This document shows positions 39,072 to 48,979 of a stretch of 64,000 nucleotides of DNA, in pieces. The notes below the pieces were generated by a model. The model had not been told where the DNA came from, searched no databases, and saw only the letters and a list, made by a program, of their open reading frames with translations. The translations under genes were made by a program, and so were the position numbers. The stretch lies in NCBI GenBank assembly GCA_051886195.1, contig JBJEXW010000005.1:1360-65359 (forward strand). The letters run 5' to 3'. Each line of letters opens with the position of its first letter. Positions within the stretch are counted from its first letter, which is position 1. Origin of the DNA: Clostridia bacterium (GTDB taxonomy: Bacteria; Bacillota; Clostridia; TANB77; CAG-465).

Positions 39072-39113
39072 TGTTGCAATTGCAACAGAAAAATATTAAT
39101 TTGGTTGTATAAT
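39072..39113 (+). promoter_or_regulatory. nrdD promoter region with a 16-bp palindrome
   Basis: TGTTGCAATTGCAACA (39072-39087) and TATAAT (39108-39113), with no good -35. Confidence 0.55.
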
Positions 39114-39151
39114 TTAGATGAGTTTTAAAAAGTGAGAGGGAGGAATTGTAA

Positions 39152-41278
39152 ATGAAAGTAATAAAAAGAGATGGAAGAGTTGTAGATTATGATAGAGAAA
39201 AAATAGTTATAGCAATACAAAAGGCAAATAAAGAAGTTAAAGCTAAAGAAAGAGCTTCTAAGGAAGATATTAAATTAATAATAAACTATATCGAAGAATT
39301 AGACAAAAAAAGAATTCTTGTTGAGGACATACAAGACATAATTGAAGAAAAGTTAATGGAACTTCAAAAATATGAGCTTGCTAAGAAATATATTGTTTAT
39401 AGATATACAAGAGCTTTAGTTAGAAAGCAAAATACTACAGATGAATCAATTCTTGGACTTATAAGAAATGAAAATAAAGAGTTAGCAGAAGAAAATTCAA
39501 ATAAAAATACTATGCTTGCCTCAACTCAGAGAGATTATATTGCAGGAGAAGTATCAAGAGACTTAACAAGAAGAATTTTATTACCTGAAAAAATAACAAA
39601 AGCTCATGAAGATGGAATTTTACATTTTCACGATGCAGATTATTTTATCCAGCCAATATTTAATTGTTGCTTAATTAACATTGCAGATATGCTAGATAAT
39701 GGTACTGTAATGAACGGAAAGATGATTGAAAGTCCAAAAAGCTTTCAAGTAGCATGTACTATTACAACTCAGATTATTGCTGCAGTTGCTTCTAATCAAT
39801 ACGGTGGACAATCTGTAGATTTAAAACATTTAGGTAAATACTTAAGAAAAAGCCATGATAAGTTTGAAAAAGAATTAAAAGAGCAATATGAAGGAAAGCT
39901 ATCTGATGATATGATAGAAGAGCTTGTACAATTAAGACTTAAATCCGAGCTTGCTTCTGGTGTTCAAACAATTCAATATCAAATAAATACTCTAATGACA
40001 ACAAATGGACAATCTCCTTTTGTAACTTTATTTTTACATTTAGAAAAAGATGATCCTTATATAAAAGAAAATGCTTTAATAATAGAAGAAGTATTAAAAC
40101 AAAGATATCAAGGAATAAAAAATGAAAAGGGAGTATATATAACACCAGCTTTCCCAAAATTAGTCTATGTTTTAGATGAGCATAATTGCTTAAAAGGTGG
40201 AGAGTATGATTACTTAACTAAACTTGCAGTAAAATGCTCAGCAAAGAGAATGTATCCAGATTACATATCTGCTAAAAAAATGAGAGAAAATTATTGTGGA
40301 TGTGTATTTAGCCCAATGGGATGCAGAAGCTTTTTATCTCCATGGAAAGATGAAAATGGAAATTATAAATGGGAAGGTAGATTTAATCAGGGTGTTGTAA
40401 GTCTTAATTTACCACAAATTGCAATAGTTGCAGATGGAGATGAAGAAAAGTTCTGGAACGAATTAAATGATAGACTAGAATTATGCTATGAAGCATTAAT
40501 GTGTAGACATTATTCACTACTTGGAACTACATCAGATATTTCTCCAATTCATTGGCAGTATGGTGCTATTGCAAGACTTCAAAAAGGTGAAAAAATAGAT
40601 AAACTATTAAAAGGTGGATATTCTACATTGTCTTTAGGATATATAGGAATATATGAAACAACAAAACTAATGAAAGGTGTTTCACATACAACAAAAGAAG
40701 GACATGATTTTGCAATAAAGATTATGAGAAAATTGAGGGAGACAACAGATAAGTGGAAAGAAAAGACAGGACTTGGTTTTGCATTATATGGTACTCCTGC
40801 CGAAAGCCTATGTTATAGATTTGCAAGAATAGATAAACAGAGATTTGGAACAATAAAAGATGTTACAGATAAAGGTTATTATACAAATTCATATCACGTT
40901 GATGTAAGAGAAGACATAGATGCATTTGAAAAATTGTCTTTTGAAAGCGAGTTCCAAAATATTTCCTCAGGTGGAGCTATTTCATATATTGAAATACCAA
41001 ATTTAAGAAATAATTTAAAAGCTTTAGAAGAAGTTGTTAAATTTATATATGATAATATTCAATATGCAGAATTTAATACAAAATCAGATTATTGCCATGT
41101 ATGCGGCTATGATGGAGAAATTATAGTTAATGACAATAATGAATGGGAATGTCCACAATGTGGAAATAAAGACCATAATAAAATGAATGTAACAAGAAGA
41201 ACTTGTGGATATTTAGGAGAAAATTTCTGGAATGAAGGAAAGACAAAGGAAATAAAGTCTAGAGTTTTACACTTATAA
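39152..41278 (+). CDS. nrdD: Anaerobic ribonucleoside-triphosphate reductase (class III) with ATP cone
   Basis: VIKRDGR ATP cone, NCC, MGCRS, CHVC...CPQC, RRTCGYLG glycyl-radical motif. Confidence 0.97.
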   Translation: MKVIKRDGRVVDYDREKIVIAIQKANKEVKAKERASKEDIKLIINYIEELDKKRILVEDIQDIIEEKLMELQKYELAKKYIVYRYTRALVRKQNTTDESILGLIRNENKELAEENSNKNTMLASTQRDYIAGEVSRDLTRRILLPEKITKAHEDGILHFHDADYFIQPIFNCCLINIADMLDNGTVMNGKMIESPKSFQVACTITTQIIAAVASNQYGGQSVDLKHLGKYLRKSHDKFEKELKEQYEGKLSDDMIEELVQLRLKSELASGVQTIQYQINTLMTTNGQSPFVTLFLHLEKDDPYIKENALIIEEVLKQRYQGIKNEKGVYITPAFPKLVYVLDEHNCLKGGEYDYLTKLAVKCSAKRMYPDYISAKKMRENYCGCVFSPMGCRSFLSPWKDENGNYKWEGRFNQGVVSLNLPQIAIVADGDEEKFWNELNDRLELCYEALMCRHYSLLGTTSDISPIHWQYGAIARLQKGEKIDKLLKGGYSTLSLGYIGIYETTKLMKGVSHTTKEGHDFAIKIMRKLRETTDKWKEKTGLGFALYGTPAESLCYRFARIDKQRFGTIKDVTDKGYYTNSYHVDVREDIDAFEKLSFESEFQNISSGGAISYIEIPNLRNNLKALEEVVKFIYDNIQYAEFNTKSDYCHVCGYDGEIIVNDNNEWECPQCGNKDHNKMNVTRRTCGYLGENFWNEGKTKEIKSRVLHL

Positions 41279-41291
41279 TAGGAGGATTACT

Positions 41292-41816
41292 ATGAGGTAT
41301 GCAAGTATAAAAAAATGTGATGTTGCAAATGGAACAGGAATTAGAGTATCATTATTTGTTAGTGGATGTCATCATCATTGTAAAGGATGCTTTAATACTG
41401 ATGCTTGGGACTTTAATTTTGGAAATGATTTTACAGAGCAAACACAAGAAAAAATACTTGAAGCGCTAGATAAAGACTATATACAGGGGCTATCATTACT
41501 TGGAGGAGAGCCTTTAGAATATGTTAATCAAAAAGGATTATTACCACTTGTAAAAAAGGTGAAACAAAGATTTCCTAATAAAACAATATGGTGTTATACA
41601 GGATATCTTTTTGATGATGAAGTTATGGGTCAAATGTATAAAAAATGGCCAGAGACAAAAGAACTAATATCCAATTTGGATATAATTGTTGATGGTAAAT
41701 ATGATGAAAACTTAAGAGATTTAAGACTAAAATTTAAAGGCTCATCTAATCAAAGAATAATAGATGTGCAAAAAACATTAGCTCAAAATGAAATCGTATT
41801 AGCTAATGACATATAA
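41292..41816 (+). CDS. nrdG: Class III RNR activating enzyme
   Basis: NGTGIRVSLFVSGCHHHCKGC, LGGEP, GSSNQRII. Confidence 0.96.
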   Translation: MRYASIKKCDVANGTGIRVSLFVSGCHHHCKGCFNTDAWDFNFGNDFTEQTQEKILEALDKDYIQGLSLLGGEPLEYVNQKGLLPLVKKVKQRFPNKTIWCYTGYLFDDEVMGQMYKKWPETKELISNLDIIVDGKYDENLRDLRLKFKGSSNQRIIDVQKTLAQNEIVLANDI

Positions 41817-41898
41817 AAAATATATGAAAAAGACGTTTAATTGAATTAATTAATATTTTCAGTTGAATGTCTTTTTTAAAAAGAGAAAGGAGAAAAAA

Positions 41899-42723
41899 AT
41901 GAATATTTATCCAAAGACTTGTAAAAATTTTATTGGATTAGATAATTTAATGCCTTATGTAGAAAAATCCAAGGGAATAGAACTACAATTTTTTGATGAA
42001 AATGGAATAATGGCTCCATTTGAATTTGAAACTATTATAGATAACTTAATGGAAAGAGTACCATGTTTAAAAGAAATAACTATTCATCCACCACTTTGTA
42101 ATTATGACATTGAACATATTATAGCAAAGAATATTAATATTATTAAAAATCAATTAAATACTATGGTAAAGCTTTCTAGAAAATATAATATAAAACTTAA
42201 TATTGTATATCATACATCCGTAGACTTTGAAATACATAAAGAATTGACTTTAGATAAAATAGAAGAACTCTTAAAGACAATTGAAGGAGAAAATGTAAAA
42301 ATATTAATTGAAAATATTTTTATGTTTTTTGAAAATGAATGTACTGCATATAAAATTGCAGAGTATTTTAATCATCCAAATCTTATGGTTTGTTTTGATA
42401 TTTGTCACTTACATTGCAGAGCAAATATAAATAAACAGAATGTATATGAATATGCTCAAAATTATTTAGATCCAGTGCTATGTAAAAAATACACTCATCA
42501 AGTACATTTCTCATATACAGCAAACAATGATGGATATGTTGATCATAAAACACATGGAAGAGGACATAATAGCATGAAAGAATTAAAAGAAGACTATGAA
42601 TTACTTACAAAATATAATATGGCAAATTGCAATTATGTTACTGAAATATCTGAAGATGACTATTTATCACGAAAAGATCAAATAAAAGATATAAATATGT
42701 TATATGAATTAGTTAATGATTAG
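41899..42723 (+). CDS. Xylose isomerase-like/AP endonuclease 2 TIM-barrel protein
   Basis: ITIHPP, LIENIF, FDICHLH, VHFS, HGRGH and TE metal-ligand pattern; start 41899 by RBS. Confidence 0.65.
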   Translation: MNIYPKTCKNFIGLDNLMPYVEKSKGIELQFFDENGIMAPFEFETIIDNLMERVPCLKEITIHPPLCNYDIEHIIAKNINIIKNQLNTMVKLSRKYNIKLNIVYHTSVDFEIHKELTLDKIEELLKTIEGENVKILIENIFMFFENECTAYKIAEYFNHPNLMVCFDICHLHCRANINKQNVYEYAQNYLDPVLCKKYTHQVHFSYTANNDGYVDHKTHGRGHNSMKELKEDYELLTKYNMANCNYVTEISEDDYLSRKDQIKDINMLYELVND

Positions 42724-42734
42724 GAGAAAATTAA

Positions 42735-43526
42735 ATGGAAAAAAATTTTAAAGAATTTGAGGATATTTTTGAAGAATATGTAAATAGATTTTTAAATAAT
42801 AAACAAAATGATGAAGCAAGGAAGTTAAATTTTACAAACAAAAAAATTCATTCATTCCATGTTAGAGATAATATATTAAAAATAGCTAAAGAGGAAAAAT
42901 TAGATGTAGATATGTTTATTGTTGAATTTATTGGGTTATTTCATGACATAGGAAGATTTTATCAGTATGATAAATATGAAACTTTCAACGATGCAAACTC
43001 AGCAGATCACGCTAAACTTAGTGTGAAAATTTTAGAAGATGAAGGCATAATTAATTTAATAGATTATGAAAAAAGACCTTATGTTATTGATTCAATATTA
43101 ATGCATAATTACCAAGATTTACCCAAAATACAGGATAAGAAAATGTATATCTATGCTACATTATTAAGAGATGCAGATAAGCTTGACGGATTTAGATCGA
43201 TATCTGTGTATGAAAGAGAGAACAAAAATTTAGCATATTTTAAAAACAAATCAGACGAGCCAATAATATCAGATTATGTATATGAAAGTATAATGAATAA
43301 GAAATCTGTATATAAATTTAACTTAAAAACTGTTCTTGAGAGTCAAATTGTATCACTTGGATATATAACTTCTGATATTATATATAATGCAACACTAAAA
43401 GAAATAAAGAAAAATGAGTATATTAATAAAATGTTTAAAAAAATGCAAGATACAGATAGATCTAGAGAAATATATAATTTTGTAAATGAATACGTAAATA
43501 GGAGGCTATCTAATGAAAAAAAGTAA
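42735..43526 (+). CDS. HD-domain phosphohydrolase
   Basis: KKIHS, GLFHDIGRF, DHA, MHN, LRDADKLD. Confidence 0.9.
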   Translation: MEKNFKEFEDIFEEYVNRFLNNKQNDEARKLNFTNKKIHSFHVRDNILKIAKEEKLDVDMFIVEFIGLFHDIGRFYQYDKYETFNDANSADHAKLSVKILEDEGIINLIDYEKRPYVIDSILMHNYQDLPKIQDKKMYIYATLLRDADKLDGFRSISVYERENKNLAYFKNKSDEPIISDYVYESIMNKKSVYKFNLKTVLESQIVSLGYITSDIIYNATLKEIKKNEYINKMFKKMQDTDRSREIYNFVNEYVNRRLSNEKK

Positions 43527-43887
43527 ATATATTATATTAATATGTTTAATAATCTTAATAGTTGCTATAGTTACTATTATGTTAATAGTTAGAAAAAATG
43601 AAAAATATATAGATAAAAGTATAACAATGGAAGATTTACAAAATATAGATAATAACATAAAAGAAGGTAAGCTAATAACTATTGATGAATTTAAACAATA
43701 TGAATTAAAAGATGAAGAACTTGAAAATGGACAGAAAAAGTATATATATAATATGAATGATAAATATCAAGTTGAAGTTATAGAAAGAAATCAAAGGATA
43801 GTCAGTGTTATTTTAAAAAATAAAGTTACATATACAAGTGTAGATATAATGTATTCTTCTCTTACTAGATTTTTAGAAACAGAGTAA
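43513..43887 (+). CDS. Hypothetical membrane-anchored protein
   Basis: N-terminal TM helix; overlaps the HD gene. Confidence 0.65.
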   Translation: MKKSKYIILICLIILIVAIVTIMLIVRKNEKYIDKSITMEDLQNIDNNIKEGKLITIDEFKQYELKDEELENGQKKYIYNMNDKYQVEVIERNQRIVSVILKNKVTYTSVDIMYSSLTRFLETE

Positions 43888-43923
43888 AAAATTGGAGTTT
43901 AAAATACTCCAATTTTTTTATAC

Positions 43924-45669
43924 TTAATTTTCTTTTTTATTTCCTTTTTCTTTTTCAAGAATTTTTTCTATCTCTTTAAATCTTTTAACTTTAGCTGTAG
44001 TAGTTTTAATCATTTCCTCATCTGTTAAAAATAATTTCTTTATGTACTTATAGGTTGGAAGTGTAGTATTGATCTTTTTAATATCATTCCAAACTATTTT
44101 ATATAGTTCATCATAGGAAATATTATTCATATGTTTTTCAACATATTCTTTGTTATATTGTATTTCAACAGATACAACTAAATCATCGTCCTTAGGATAG
44201 CCAAAAACCATAGATTCTGCAACATAAGGAAGTGAATTTACTAATATTTCAAGCTCTTCAGGAAATATGTTTTTTCCATTTTTTAAGACTATGACTGTCT
44301 TTTTTCTACCGCTAATAACAAGATCTCCATTTTTATCAAAATAACCTAGATCTCCAGTATAGAACCATCCATTTTTTAATACTTCTTTTGTAGCTTCTTC
44401 ATTTTCATAGTAACCAAGCATTACATTTGGCCCTTTAGCTTTTATTTCTCCAATTCCATTTTCATCTGGATTATCTATTTCAATTTCAACATCATGAACT
44501 GGAATTCCAACAGTACCAGGAGCAAGATGTTTAGTATTTTCAGCAGCAAGAACAGGAGAAGTTTCTGTCAAACCATATCCTTGTAGAGGAGTTATACCTA
44601 ATGTCATAAATCCTTTTGCAACATCTTTGTCTAAAGCAGCAGCTCCACTAACAACAAGTCTTACATTACCACCTAATTGATCAATAACTTGTTTAAATAA
44701 CTTTCTACGTACATCAATATGTAGTTTAAGTAAACCATTTGAAATTTTTCCTGCAACTTTAATTAATTTTTCTTTCTTTTGTTTTTTTACTTCAAGCATT
44801 ATTTTTTTATACATAGCTTCAAGGATTAATGGTACACAAACAAATACTGATACTTTATATTCTATTAAATTTTTTTGCACATATTTTAAACCGTCACAAA
44901 AAGTAGTACACACACCATTGTGTAAAAAAAGTAATAATGCAGTAGAACCAAATGTGTGATGGAAAGGTAGGAAAGCAAGTGAAACGTCTGTATCATAAAA
45001 TTCTATCATGCAATCTAATGAATATATATTAGATAATATATTATCTTGAGAAAGCATAACAGCTTTAGATAGAGAAGTAGTTCCTGATGTAAATAGTATT
45101 ACAGCCATTTCTTTTGGATCAATTGAATATTTAAATACATCTCTTTTTCCAGCTTTAATTTCTTTTTTTCCTTTTCTTATTATATCTTGAATTGTCTCAT
45201 AACCAGAATCATTATCTTTCATACAAATATACTTAGAAAGGTTAGTTGTTCCTTTAGATTTAATCTCATTTATTGATTCAATATATTGTGCATCAAAAAC
45301 AATACAATCAGCTTTACTACGTATAAGTAAAGATTCAATTTCGTCTTGTCTTAATCCTTTATCTAATGGAACAGATATTCCAACCGAAGATAATACAGTA
45401 AGGTAAGTTAGTCCCCATTCATAACTGTTTTTTCCGATTATAGCGATTCTTTTTCCTTCAAGTCCTTCACTAATAAGGCCTTGCCCAAAATTATCTACGT
45501 CATCTTTTAATTTAGCATAAGTTATATACTTATATTTTGGATTTTTTTCTATTTTTTCTTTTATTATAAATGCATTTTTATCTTTAAAGCGTTTTGCACT
45601 TTCATCTACAATTTCTCTAAAGCTAGATACTTTCTTTGCATTTGGATAAATTATTTCGTCATTTTTCAC
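43924..45669 (-). CDS. Long-chain fatty acid-CoA ligase (AMP-binding family)
   Basis: LFTSGTTSLSK, GYGLTETSP, YTGDLG, GRKK, NGKNIFPEE; GTG start. Confidence 0.92.
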   Translation of the reverse strand: MKNDEIIYPNAKKVSSFREIVDESAKRFKDKNAFIIKEKIEKNPKYKYITYAKLKDDVDNFGQGLISEGLEGKRIAIIGKNSYEWGLTYLTVLSSVGISVPLDKGLRQDEIESLLIRSKADCIVFDAQYIESINEIKSKGTTNLSKYICMKDNDSGYETIQDIIRKGKKEIKAGKRDVFKYSIDPKEMAVILFTSGTTSLSKAVMLSQDNILSNIYSLDCMIEFYDTDVSLAFLPFHHTFGSTALLLFLHNGVCTTFCDGLKYVQKNLIEYKVSVFVCVPLILEAMYKKIMLEVKKQKKEKLIKVAGKISNGLLKLHIDVRRKLFKQVIDQLGGNVRLVVSGAAALDKDVAKGFMTLGITPLQGYGLTETSPVLAAENTKHLAPGTVGIPVHDVEIEIDNPDENGIGEIKAKGPNVMLGYYENEEATKEVLKNGWFYTGDLGYFDKNGDLVISGRKKTVIVLKNGKNIFPEELEILVNSLPYVAESMVFGYPKDDDLVVSVEIQYNKEYVEKHMNNISYDELYKIVWNDIKKINTTLPTYKYIKKLFLTDEEMIKTTTAKVKRFKEIEKILEKEKGNKKEN

Positions 45670-45698
45670 GTTTTTTCCCCCTTATAATTCATAATCGT

Positions 45699-45743
45699 AT
45701 TATACTATCTTTTAATTGTGTTTGTCAATTGACCAAATGGTCA
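45699..45743 (-). promoter_or_regulatory. Acyl-CoA ligase promoter with an adjacent inverted repeat
   Basis: Minus-strand TTGACA (45728-45723), 18 bp, TATAAT (45704-45699); TGACC-AAAT-GGTCA at 45730-45743. Confidence 0.6.
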
Positions 45744-45847
45744 GCTAAATAAGAAAAAAATAAAAGCTTTCTAATATTAAATAATATTGTTAAAAACTAC
45801 AACTTATGATATTATATCTTTAGTAAAATTATAAGGAGAAAATTATT

Positions 45848-46381
45848 ATGAATATTGAATATGAGGTAAGAGTTTTAGAAATTAATTCAGACGAGCTAAT
45901 AAATAGATTAGAAAGAATAGGTGCTAAATTCATAGGAAAATATGATCAAAAAAGGTATGTGTATAATACAATACCTAAAAAAGAGGGAAAATGGTTAAGA
46001 CTTAGAACGAATGGAGAAGAAACAACACTTACATATAAGTCTGTAGAAAAAAATTCCATAGATGGTACAAAAGAACTTGAAATAAAAGTAGAAGATTTTG
46101 AAAAAACAAATGAACTTCTTGAACTTGTTGGAATAAAATCAAAAGGGTATCAAGAAAATAGGAGAATAAGATATCTTTTAGATGATGTAGAAGTAGATAT
46201 TGATACATGGCCACTTATTCCAACTTATGTTGAAATTGAAGGAAAAGATGAAGACAGTGTAAATAATGTAATAAAAAAACTTGAATTACAAAATAACAAA
46301 GTAACAGCTTTAGATGTACAGAGTGTTTACGAGAAAATATATAATATAGATATATCTAAAATATCAACACTAAAATTTTAG
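45848..46381 (+). CDS. CYTH domain protein (class IV adenylate cyclase-like triphosphatase)
   Basis: EYEVR, WLRLR, LTYK, ELE, YVEIEG. Confidence 0.88.
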   Translation: MNIEYEVRVLEINSDELINRLERIGAKFIGKYDQKRYVYNTIPKKEGKWLRLRTNGEETTLTYKSVEKNSIDGTKELEIKVEDFEKTNELLELVGIKSKGYQENRRIRYLLDDVEVDIDTWPLIPTYVEIEGKDEDSVNNVIKKLELQNNKVTALDVQSVYEKIYNIDISKISTLKF

Positions 46382-46392
46382 GAGGAACTTAT

Positions 46393-47466
46393 ATGGAATA
46401 TAGAAAATGTTTAGAAAAAGTTTTACCATACGTACCAGGAAAAAGTGAAGAAGAAATTAAAAAAGAATTTAATATAGATAAAGTAATTAAAATCGCTTCA
46501 AATGAGAATCCATATGGCCCATCATTAAAAGTAAAAGAATGCTTAGAAAATATAAATTTTAATATTTATCCAGATAATTATGTAACAATTTTAAGAGAAA
46601 AATTGGCTGGTATATTAAATGTACCACATAATTATTTGCTATTTGGTAATGGCTCTGTTGAAATAATACAAATGTTGTCTAGGGTTTTACTTAATGAAGG
46701 AGATAATATAATAACTGAGCTTCCATCATTTTCAAGTTACTTTTCTGAAGCTAAAATACAGAATGCAAATATAAAAACAATAAAGTATGATACAAATTAT
46801 AGTTTTAATTTAAGTGAAATTTTAAATTTGATAGACGATAGAACTAAAATGATATATATAACTAATCCAAATAATCCATTAGGTACTATAATAAAGTCAA
46901 ATGAGCTTATCGAATTTGTTAAACAAGTTCCTAAAAATATACTTGTAGTAATAGATGAAGCATATTTTGAGTTTGTTAGAGATAAAGAGTATATTAGTGC
47001 AATTGATCTTACTAAAAATTATAGTAATGTATGTGTACTTAGAACTTTTTCAAAAGCATATGGTCTTGCATCTTTAAGAATTGGATATATTGTTGCAAAT
47101 AGCAATATAATAAATGAACTTGAAAAAGTAAGAGTGCCTTTTAATGTTTCAACAATTGCACAAAAATGCGCATTAGTTGCCTTGGAAGAAAAAGAGCATT
47201 TAAATTATGTTGTTAATAATATACATAATACAATAGATTATATGTATGAGGAACTAGATAAGATAAACATTGAATATATAAAAACACAAGCTAACTTTAT
47301 TATGATTAATGTAAATAGAAGTTCTAAAGAAATAGTTTTAGAATTATTAAAGAAGGGATACATAGTAAGAGACGGATTTCCACTTATGGAAAGTTGGATT
47401 AGAGTTAGTATTGGAACAAAAGAAGAAATGTCTGGTTTTGTTAATGCATTAAAAGAGGTGATTTAA
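46393..47466 (+). CDS. hisC: Histidinol-phosphate/aromatic aminotransferase
   Basis: KIASNENPYG, GNGS, NPNNPLG, DEAY, RTFSKAYGLASLRIGY. Confidence 0.88.
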   Translation: MEYRKCLEKVLPYVPGKSEEEIKKEFNIDKVIKIASNENPYGPSLKVKECLENINFNIYPDNYVTILREKLAGILNVPHNYLLFGNGSVEIIQMLSRVLLNEGDNIITELPSFSSYFSEAKIQNANIKTIKYDTNYSFNLSEILNLIDDRTKMIYITNPNNPLGTIIKSNELIEFVKQVPKNILVVIDEAYFEFVRDKEYISAIDLTKNYSNVCVLRTFSKAYGLASLRIGYIVANSNIINELEKVRVPFNVSTIAQKCALVALEEKEHLNYVVNNIHNTIDYMYEELDKINIEYIKTQANFIMINVNRSSKEIVLELLKKGYIVRDGFPLMESWIRVSIGTKEEMSGFVNALKEVI

Positions 47467-47470
47467 TAAG

Positions 47471-48265
47471 ATGAAGTTAGGATATCTAGGACCTATTGGT
47501 TCATACTCATATGAAGCATCGAATAAATATATGAATAAAAACGATGAGTTAATTCAATATGATACAATTTTAAAAGTAGTAGAAGCATTAGAAAATAATG
47601 AAATACAAGAGTGTATTGTGCCACTTGAAAATGCTATATATGGAAGTGTTTTAGATACTATGGATTCAATTCTTGAATATAAAGACATATTTATTATTGA
47701 TGAAATTATTCTAGACATTAATCATATTTTGATGGCTAAAACTAAAGATACCAAAGTAGCAAAGATTTATTCTCATCCACAAGCCTTAGCACAATGCAAG
47801 ACTTTTTTAAACGAAAACTATTATAATGTAGAAAAGGTCCCTGTATCAAGTACTTCTTATGCAGCAAGTCTTGCATCAAAAGAGAGTGATACTGCATGTA
47901 TTTGCAATTATACTTGTAAAGATTTATATGATTTAGAAGTAATATCAGATAAAATTCAAGATATAGAGAAAAATCAAACTAAGTTTATCGTATTATCTAA
48001 AGTAAAAAATACTAGAAAAACAAATAAAACTTCAGTAATTTTTTCAACTAAAGACGAGCCTGGTGCATTGTATAAAATACTTGGACTTTTCTCAATGTCA
48101 GAAATAAACTTAACTAAAATTGAGTCTAGACCGGCTAAAACTAAATTAGGAGAATATATGTTTTTCGTGGATATTCAAGGAGATGAAAAAGATGAAAATA
48201 TAGAAGTAGCTTTTAGAAAAATTGAATCTTTTTGTGAAGAATTTAGAGTAATAGGATCATATTAG
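47471..48265 (+). CDS. pheA: Prephenate dehydratase
   Basis: LGPIGSYS, VPLENAIYG, SHPQALAQC, ACT domain LTKIESRP. Confidence 0.93.
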   Translation: MKLGYLGPIGSYSYEASNKYMNKNDELIQYDTILKVVEALENNEIQECIVPLENAIYGSVLDTMDSILEYKDIFIIDEIILDINHILMAKTKDTKVAKIYSHPQALAQCKTFLNENYYNVEKVPVSSTSYAASLASKESDTACICNYTCKDLYDLEVISDKIQDIEKNQTKFIVLSKVKNTRKTNKTSVIFSTKDEPGALYKILGLFSMSEINLTKIESRPAKTKLGEYMFFVDIQGDEKDENIEVAFRKIESFCEEFRVIGSY

Positions 48266-48348
48266 AAATTTGTGTAACATTTAGTAAAAAAATATTGCTA
48301 AATAGAAACTCATGATATATAATTTATCTGTACGAAAGAAAGGGATAA

Positions 48349-48897
48349 ATGATGAAAAAGAAAAAAATCAATTTCTTTTCAAAGGCAATTATTTATATAG
48401 TAATACTTGCTGTTGTATTTACAGTAGCTGTGTTTGGAACTAAGTATTATTTCTATGATAGTGATTATTCTGTTAAAAAAACAGATTTGGCTGCAATTAG
48501 TATAGATGGAATAAAACTAGGTATGAATATTAATGAAGTAGATTTCTCTAAATATACTTCTGTAGAAGAAACTATAAATAAATGTAATTATAATTTTAAA
48601 GAACTTAGTATAAAAACAGATTCTAAAGGAAATATTACATATATTATAGCAGATTTTAAAAAAGTTGAATTAGATATAGGCAAAGAACTATCTAAAAAAA
48701 TATCAAAAGTTAATAGCATTTGGGATAATTTAGGAGATAATTATAAGACAGAAATATATAAACCTGAAGAAAATAATTATTGGAAAATTACTAGATATGT
48801 TGATACAGACAATAGTATATATTTAGGTATAGTATTTTCTAGATATAATAATGAGATTTCTAAGTTAATCCTTTCAAATGAAAGAATAAAAGATTAA
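48349..48897 (+). CDS. Hypothetical membrane-anchored extracellular protein
   Basis: Basic N-terminus, one TM helix, soluble domain. Confidence 0.7.
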   Translation: MMKKKKINFFSKAIIYIVILAVVFTVAVFGTKYYFYDSDYSVKKTDLAAISIDGIKLGMNINEVDFSKYTSVEETINKCNYNFKELSIKTDSKGNITYIIADFKKVELDIGKELSKKISKVNSIWDNLGDNYKTEIYKPEENNYWKITRYVDTDNSIYLGIVFSRYNNEISKLILSNERIKD

Positions 48898-48979
48898 TAT
48901 ACTTGAGGAATTTACCTTGAGTATATTTTTTCTTGCTTTTTAATTAAATCTGTGGTATAGTAACCATGGAATAGGAGGT

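Noticed and set aside
38930-39151. NrdR boxes upstream of nrdD
   Set aside because: Only partial matches (e.g. ATACTACATTTTTGT near 38981), and no tandem pair that I can support.
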